Positions 56,367 to 64,000 of a stretch of DNA of 64,000 nt are shown here, piece after piece. Position 1 is the first letter of the stretch. The number at the start of each line of letters is the position of its first letter. The DNA comes from Octopus vulgaris. Taxonomy: Eukaryota. A program made the translations under genes and the position numbers. The stretch is taken from NCBI GenBank assembly GCA_951406725.2, contig OX597824.1, positions 74,586,001-74,650,000 of the forward strand, read 5' to 3'. The notes below the pieces were generated by a model. The model searched no databases and was not told where the DNA came from. It was given only the letters and a program-made list of their open reading frames with translations.

Positions 56367-56369
<3 letters not shown>
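56134..56369. mobile_element. Palindromic PLE pLTR module in (TA)n
   Basis: Arms ~56203-56283 and 56290-56369; same family at 59559-59857. Confidence 0.8.
56293..56339 (+). ncRNA. Hammerhead-like motif, U4C variant (mirror copy on minus strand)
   Basis: AAAACUGU-CCGAUGA-ACG GCAA CGG-GAAA-CUCAGAG-UA^ACAGGUUUU. Confidence 0.6.
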
Positions 56370-56400
<31 letters not shown>

Positions 56401-56408
<8 letters not shown>

Positions 56409-56729
56409 GAAAGAATGGAGTCGAACGATGATTTAACAAAATTCCTTTATTTTCGACATATGTTTCGAAGACTGCATATTCTCACCCTTTATTCCTTCGG
56501 AATTGAGAATATGCAGTCTTCGACATATATGTCCAAAATAAAGGAATTTTGTTAAATCGTCGTTCGACTCCATTCTTTCATTTATTTATAGTAAAAAACA
56601 CAAATTTCCACACGAAAGCACGTGATTTCTGCCCTTGGCATGTAGCTTCAACCGTGATTTCTGACGTAAATTTGCTACCAGAGTATCGGTTAACCGAATT
56701 ATCCATACTAGGATAATTCATTCAACTAC
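56401..56729. mobile_element. Second copy of the 20063 family; palindromic, HHR 5' core lost
   Basis: Arms meet inside HHR stem II (~56484-56504). Confidence 0.8.
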
Positions 56730-56731
56730 TT

Positions 56732-56806
<75 letters not shown>

Positions 56807-56807
56807 C

Positions 56808-56860
<53 letters not shown>

Positions 56861-56874
56861 CATACATACATACA

Positions 56875-56932
<58 letters not shown>

Positions 56933-57231
56933 ATTGTATGTATGTATGTATGTATGTATGTATGTATATATAAAGAGAGAGAGAGGGGGAGACAGACAAT
57001 CATACGTACATACATGCATACATACATATTCGTATATTCGCACGAACATATATATATATATGTGTGTGTTATATATACACACGCTATTAAAACCGGAAAA
57101 ATCCTAATAAACTACTCTACCTTTGGCATTCGAGTACTATTCTTTCCACCTTGTTTTGCATTTATGTGCTTACCTCTGTGTGTATGTGTGTGTATGCGTG
57201 TGTATTACACACACACTTACACACACATATG

Positions 57232-57282
<51 letters not shown>

Positions 57283-57295
57283 TATTAATGAGAAG

Positions 57296-57352
<57 letters not shown>

Positions 57353-57580
57353 AGAGGAATGAAACAAACTTTCACTTCTATCTCCTCCATTAATCAGACT
57401 CCTCGTTTTACTCAGGTCCTCCATTATGAATGTAATATAATGGAAAATTCCATTACGTCAACAAGTTTGTTAAGTAAACTGAAAATAAAGATGCTTCACA
57501 TCATAAAAGCTAAATAGTATTGAGGACATTGGTAGCTTCTGAAGTTCTCTTCAAATAACACTAATAGGCTACAGAAACGT

Positions 57581-57634
57581 TTGCTTACTTCTCTTTCATT
57601 CCCCCCCTCTCTCTCTTTACTTTTCTATATTTCG

Positions 57635-57667
<33 letters not shown>

Positions 57668-58900
57668 GTCTCTCCATTTACTTTTCTATATTTCTTACTA
57701 TCCCTCTTTCTTTCACCCTTTTTCTCTTTCATTCTCTCTCGTCTTCATTCCCTTTTTTTCTTTATTTCTTTCCCCCTCTCTTTCATTCTTATTTTCTCTC
57801 TATCATTCATTAATGTAGCTTGTCTCTTTCTGTCATTCTCTCTTTTTCTCTATATTTCTTACCATCTCTCTTTCTTTTACCCTTTGTCTCTTTCATTCTC
57901 TCTCGTTTTCATTCCCAATTTTTTTTTTATTTCTTTCCCCTCTCGCTTTCGTTCTTATTTTCTCTCTATCATTCATTAATGTAGCTTGTCTCTCTCTCTG
58001 TCATTCTCTCTTTCTCTCTATATTTCTTACCATCTCTCTTTCTTTTACCCTTTGTCTCTTTCATTCTCTCTCGTTTTCATTCCCAATTTTTTTTTTATTT
58101 CTTTCCCCTCTCGCTTTCATTCTTATTTTCTCTCTATCATTCATTAATGTAGCTTGTCTCTCTCTCTGTCATTCTCTCTTTCTCTCTATATTTCTTACCA
58201 TCTCTCTTTCTTTTACCCTTTGTCTCTTTCATTCTCTAGTTTTTTATTTCTTTCCCCTCTCTTTCATTCTTATTTTCTCTCTGTCATTCATTAATGCAGC
58301 TTCTCTCTCTGTCATTCTCTCTCTTCCTCTCTCTCTCTCTCTTTACTTTTCTATATTTCTTACCATCTCTCTTTCTTTCACCATGTCTCTCTTTCATTCC
58401 CTCTCGTTTTCATTCTCTATCGTTTTGATTTCTTTCCTCCCTCTTTCTTTCTTATTTTCTATCTGTCATTCTCTCCCTCTCCCTCCCTCTATTTCTTTCC
58501 CTACCTTTCTTTATTTCTTTCTCTCTTTCTCTCCCCCTCTCTTTCTCTCTCTCTCCTTCTTTTCTTCTCTTTCTATATTTCTTGTCCTCTCTTTCTCTTT
58601 CCTTCGTTTCATTCATTAATGCGAATGTTTTCCGATTTTGTTTTCTCCCTCTCTTTCATTCAATAATGCAGCTTCTCTCCTTTTCATTCCTTCTCTTTTG
58701 CATCTTTCCTTCTCTATCTCTGCTTCTCTGCCTCTCTCTCTCTCTCTCTCAATTTTTCTATCTCCCCTTCTCTCTCTCTCTCTCTCTCTCCATCTCTCTC
58801 GCTGCCTCCATCCCCTCTCTCTCGCGCTCTCTGTCTCTCTGTCTCTCCTTCTCTCTCGCTGTCTCTCTCTTTCTCTCTCTATCTTTCTCTCTGTGCCTGT
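57581..58900. repeat. Polypyrimidine tract with ~166-bp tandem repeat (~3.5 units)
   Basis: CATTCATTAATG at 57804, 57970, 58138, 58285. Confidence 0.85.
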
Positions 58901-59062
58901 GTGTGTGTGAGATTTTCCTGCCTGTGTGTCTGTGTCTATGTGTGTGTGTGTCTGTGAGTTTGTGTGTGTGCATGTGTGTGTCTACCTGACTGTCTATCTA
59001 TCTATCTATCGGACTGTTTATCTGTTTCTTTGTCTGTCCGTCTGTCTGTCTGTATATCGGTA

Positions 59063-59152
<90 letters not shown>

Positions 59153-59216
59153 AAGCACCATTTCTTCTTTCAGTACTCTTTCGGACTCACAGCCTTTTCC
59201 TCACTCTCACTCCCCC

Positions 59217-59250
<34 letters not shown>

Positions 59251-59457
59251 TTGTAGGCTTGTCTGTTCTTGTCCTCCCACTTTCTCAAATTGCATCATAA
59301 TATAATGTTCCTTCTGAACCCTCATGTCTCACTCTCCTTCACACAGTCACTCTTTCTTTCTTTCCCTTGCAAGATAATCTTCTTCTCAATCAGGTTTTCT
59401 TAAAAACTCCTTTCCCTCTCTTCACCTTCGCTCTCCCGATCTATCTCTGTCTCTGTC

Positions 59458-59897
<440 letters not shown>

Positions 59898-60687
59898 TTG
59901 CGAAAATGAAGTCTCCCACACAATTTGAGAGGTAATAAACATTGAAAATGAAAATGCGCTTGAAGTCCTCTTTACTGTTTCTACATTAAATGCAGAGCCA
60001 AGACATGAAATTAATTTTGTAGAAATAACATTTTATTGACCGGCGTTTAGTTCATGTTACAAACACACAGTTTACAATTGCAATACTGTAAATATTTAGA
60101 ATAAGTCGAATATGATTATACAGCCGAAATATATGAAAAATATACTACTTTAATAACTATCGTTCTGTCTAGAAAATTACAAATTAAACTTATCTCATGT
60201 GGACCTGAACAGCAAAGAAGACTCGGGCGAGAAGATGTCGCTATATAAATTCAGACTGGAGATTTAATTATTATGATTAAGAATAAATGAACAAATAAAG
60301 TAACTACGAACAAAATTTTAATTCATTTAATAAACAGAAATTGAAGTCGGAATGTGTTTTTTAAAGTGTTGAATGACCACTCTGAGAGGGTATCAGTAAC
60401 TTTAAGAAAGAAGAAAGTGAAAGTTTTTAAAATAGTATCTCTTTTAGAAATGGGAAAAAAAGATGACTGATTCAGTAAATATGAAATCGTTTTTTTAAAA
60501 AGAAGTTTAATACTGATAACCATTTCATAAAAAAGGGAAAACTGAAACCCCGCGTGTCCTATGCGCATGCAGCAAAACAAGTACCGGAAGCAACCTATAC
60601 GGTATAAGAACATAAATTTTGAAAGAAAAGAAAGCATCTTTATTAGAAGAAACAATAACTCCTTTTATTTAATATTTTTACAACCAA

Positions 60688-61512
60688 AGGCGGCGTGCTG
60701 GCAGAAACGTTAGCACGCCGGGCGAAATACTAGCGGTATTTCGTCTGCCGCTACGTTCTGAGTTCAAATTCCGCCGAGGTCGACTTTGCCTTTCATCCTT
60801 TCGAGGTCGATAAATTAAGTACCAGTTGCATACTGGGGTCTATCTAATCGACTGGCCCCCACCCCCAAAATTTCGGGCCTTGTGCCTAGATTAGAAAAGA
60901 ATATTTTTACAATCAAATGCGGCGAGCTGGCAGAAACGCCGGGCGAAATGCTTATCGGTACTTCGTCTGCCGCTACGTTCTGAGTTCAAATTACACCGAA
61001 GTCGACTTAGATTTTCATCCTTTCGGGGTCGATTAAATAAGTACCAATTACGCACTGGGGTCAATGTAATCGACTTAATCCCTTTGTCTGTCCTTATTTG
61101 TCCCCTCTATGTTTAGCCCCTTGTGGGCAATTAACAAATAAGAAACGTTAGCACACCGGACGAAATGCTTAGCGGTATTTCGTCTGTGAGTTCAAATTCC
61201 GCAGAGGTCGACTTGGCCTTTCATCCTTTCGGGGTCGATAAATTAAGTACCAGTTAAGCACTGGGGTCGATATAATCGACTTAATACCTATGTCTGTCCA
61301 TGTTTGTCCTCTCTATGTTTAGCCCCTTGTGGGTAATAAAGAAATAGGTATTTCGTCTGTCTTTACGTTCTGAGTTCAAATTTCGCCGAGGTTGGCTTTG
61401 CTTTTCATCCTTTCGAGGTCGACAAATTAAGTACCAGTTGCGTATTGGGGTCGGTCTAATCGACTAGCCCCCTCCCGCAAAATGTCGGGCCTTGTGCCTA
61501 GAGTAAAAGAGA
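60688..61512 (+). mobile_element. Cluster of SINE A monomer and multimer
   Basis: Four bodies with two tail types; separated by AATA(T/C)TTTTACAA direct repeats. Confidence 0.88.
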
Positions 61513-61860
61513 ATACTTTTACAATCAAGAAAAAGCAGATTATTTAAGGAATAAATACTTTAACTAGAAAAACAACATCAGGTAGGCTAACCACAACCTT
61601 GACCCTGGAGTCTAAGTTATCGTATAAAAACGCAGAAACAGCAACAACTGCGGAAATGCCTATGCAATGAAATGGAACTTTAGAGACAGGTTTGAAAATC
61701 CAGTCGACAGAAAATTGGAATAATTCGTAGTTGAAACCAATGTAAGATGTCCGAAGTAATTAGTCTGTCGAAGTAAAACATGTCAATGCAGCAACGGGAT
61801 TAAAATTCACTCTAACACGGCAAAATGTTAATTTTAATGCAATAAAAGATATTTCAGATA

Positions 61861-62156
61861 TCTCTCTATATATAAACGGCAAAATGTCTGTGTGCGTGTC
61901 CTTTCTACAAATCCACAATTTTTGAGTTAGGGGGCTTGCACTTTCTATAGTCATTCAAAACCGTCCATGGGTGGTCATGCACATCTTTACATTTCCCCTG
62001 TCACCCCGCAAAGCCATTAAAAATCAATAGAAGTGACTTTTTTGTGAATTTTCTATCCAAAACCCAATCAAAATGCCCGAAACTTGATACGCCAATTGAA
62101 TGCCAGCTAGCTGTATGTGACTGGTCATAGAGCTAGTTGCCGGGTCATGGTGCTAG
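61861..62156 (+). mobile_element. Non-autonomous Helitron (internally deleted)
   Basis: A|TC..TATATAAACGGC start; GCCGGGTCATGGTGCTAG|T end. Confidence 0.75.
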
Positions 62157-62329
62157 TCTTTATAAAATAACACCTATCAGAAGAACTATTTGATGATAGA
62201 AAAAGGAATCAATTGAATGAAATACAGAAAGAGTTCAACCAAAATGTGAGGACAAAACATTGAACCACTTACGAGTTTAGGCAAGAAATTTTCCATGCAA
62301 TGCTGAAAGAAATGGGGCGGTGGGGCTCA

Positions 62330-63673
62330 TCCCAGTATTTAAAACTGATAATGATATAGTAATTAAAGAATCAAATAAGAGAAATATTGTAGTCCTTACA
62401 GATGTTAAATATCATATAAATATCGCACAAAATTTATTATAAGAAACTGCCTATTATCAAGAGGTAACCAAAAATAATGAAGTAACTTATCATTCATTCA
62501 CCTAATCCGAAAAGAATGTTATTACTTAATGAAATTAAAATGTGTAAACTCAGCAATTGTTGTTAGGGATTCCTCACAATCTACAAGAGCAAGCTAATAA
62601 AAGACACTTTATAGAATCAAATTCAACGTGTATTAATAAACCACATTCAAATGATTTTTAATTAAAACTTGTTGGAGTTGGTCTGTCTCAACAAGCACAC
62701 AGACTCCGTAACTTTTCGGATAGCCATTTGAAATCTATGTTGAAGCTCTAAGTTTCGAACAAGACGACAGAGTTATATTAAACCATCTCTCAAGAGGAAA
62801 ACACCAAAGATATTCCCGCCTACTATAATATTTGATGTTATGGAGCTTTTTATTAATATACAAATTAGAAACCATCGAAATGTGGTTTGATTTGATTTCA
62901 ACGCTGATATCTATAGTAAAATACCTGGCACTGCGATGGGAACAGTAGTTTCCCCAATAAATGCTAATTTAGTCATAGTGTACGTACTTAGTCTTGTTGC
63001 ACGGACAAACTTTAACAGTATAAACAATGGTATTCAATTGACACTGGAATGTAGTACGAAAGAACTACATATTAGGACATTTTAGTCATTAAAAGAGATA
63101 TAGACATCAAAATTTTCATCTACTTTTCCTCACATCCAAAATAAACAAGAACAAATATTCCTTTTAATTTGACCAGAAGAATAGTACATTGGTATCTATT
63201 TTAAAAGGCTTTGAGTATTAAGTGAAATATTACTCGAAAGACAATACTCAGCAACATTAAATTCTAACGGAATAAAGCGTGAAGGAGTGCTAGATATTCA
63301 GGAACTTCAAAGGTCAAAAAACACACTCAATGCTTTGCCTTATGTATCAGCATACATCCACCAAAATACAGAAGTATACAACGTTATTCATGACAATGTA
63401 GCATTGTTGAGAAAAACCGAGAATTAACAGTGCACTTGAAACACAAAATTAAAAAATAAAAGACAAAAATTCTTAAAGAAATTATCGACGAATCCTAAAT
63501 GACCCGCTGAAAATACGACTCTGACATTAAAAGATGAGGACATCTTTACTGTGGGGCCTGTATTATTCTTATGGAAGAAACCATTTATTAAATTTAATCA
63601 GGACAACTATTTACCAGAAGAAATCATTTTACTTGTGCTTCTGGAAAATTAATCTATTAAATGTAACGGATAT

Positions 63674-63678
<5 letters not shown>
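62330..63678 (+). pseudogene. Heavily decayed Penelope-like RT
   Basis: FDVMELFINI, GTAMGTVVSPINANLV, IQLTLE, HPK..TNIPFNLTRRI, LPYVS across frameshifts. Confidence 0.75.
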
Positions 63679-63735
<57 letters not shown>

Positions 63736-63742
63736 TACATAT

Positions 63743-63787
<45 letters not shown>

Positions 63788-63819
63788 CATACATAAATAC
63801 ATATATATATATATATATA

Positions 63820-64000
63820 TACTCTCTTTTACTCTTTTACTTGTTTCAGTCATTTGACTGCGGCCATGCTGGAGCACCGCCTTTAGTCGAGCAAATCAAC
63901 CCCGGGACTTATTCTTTGTAAGCCCAGTACTTATTCTATCGGTCTCTTTTGCCGAACCGCTAAGTGACGGGGACGTAAACACGCCAGCATCGGTTGTCAA
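63820..64000 (-). mobile_element. SINE D 3' half, runs off the window
   Basis: CAGCATGGCCGCAGTCAAATGACTGAAACAAGTAAAAGAG tail. Confidence 0.85.

Overview
This is a gene-free, AT-rich, microsatellite-saturated eukaryotic window. The SINE families and simple-repeat load suggest Octopus, which is an inference from sequence style. No intact host gene was found; almost all listed ORFs are microsatellite artefacts. Retroelements: four tRNA-type SINE families (several with TSDs, some multimeric), R4/Dong-like LINE ends in (TAA)n, a CR1-like RT, an RTE-like 3' end, and Penelope-like (PLE) RT/GIY-YIG remnants. DNA transposons: Merlin, piggyBac and Tc1 remnants, hAT/Tc2/Merlin MITEs and non-autonomous Helitrons. 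The main result is a dense set of short modules inserted in (TA)n tracts, mostly as palindromes or tandem direct repeats, carrying type I hammerhead ribozyme (HHR) folds: CUGANGA...GAAA, a short palindromic stem III, then UH. About a dozen folds from at least 8 unrelated families were traced by eye, including U3-A8, U4C and A6U core variants and a 456-bp tandem retrozyme-like unit. They lie beside decayed PLE RT genes that are their likely mobilisers. All folds and alignments were done by eye; activity is untested.
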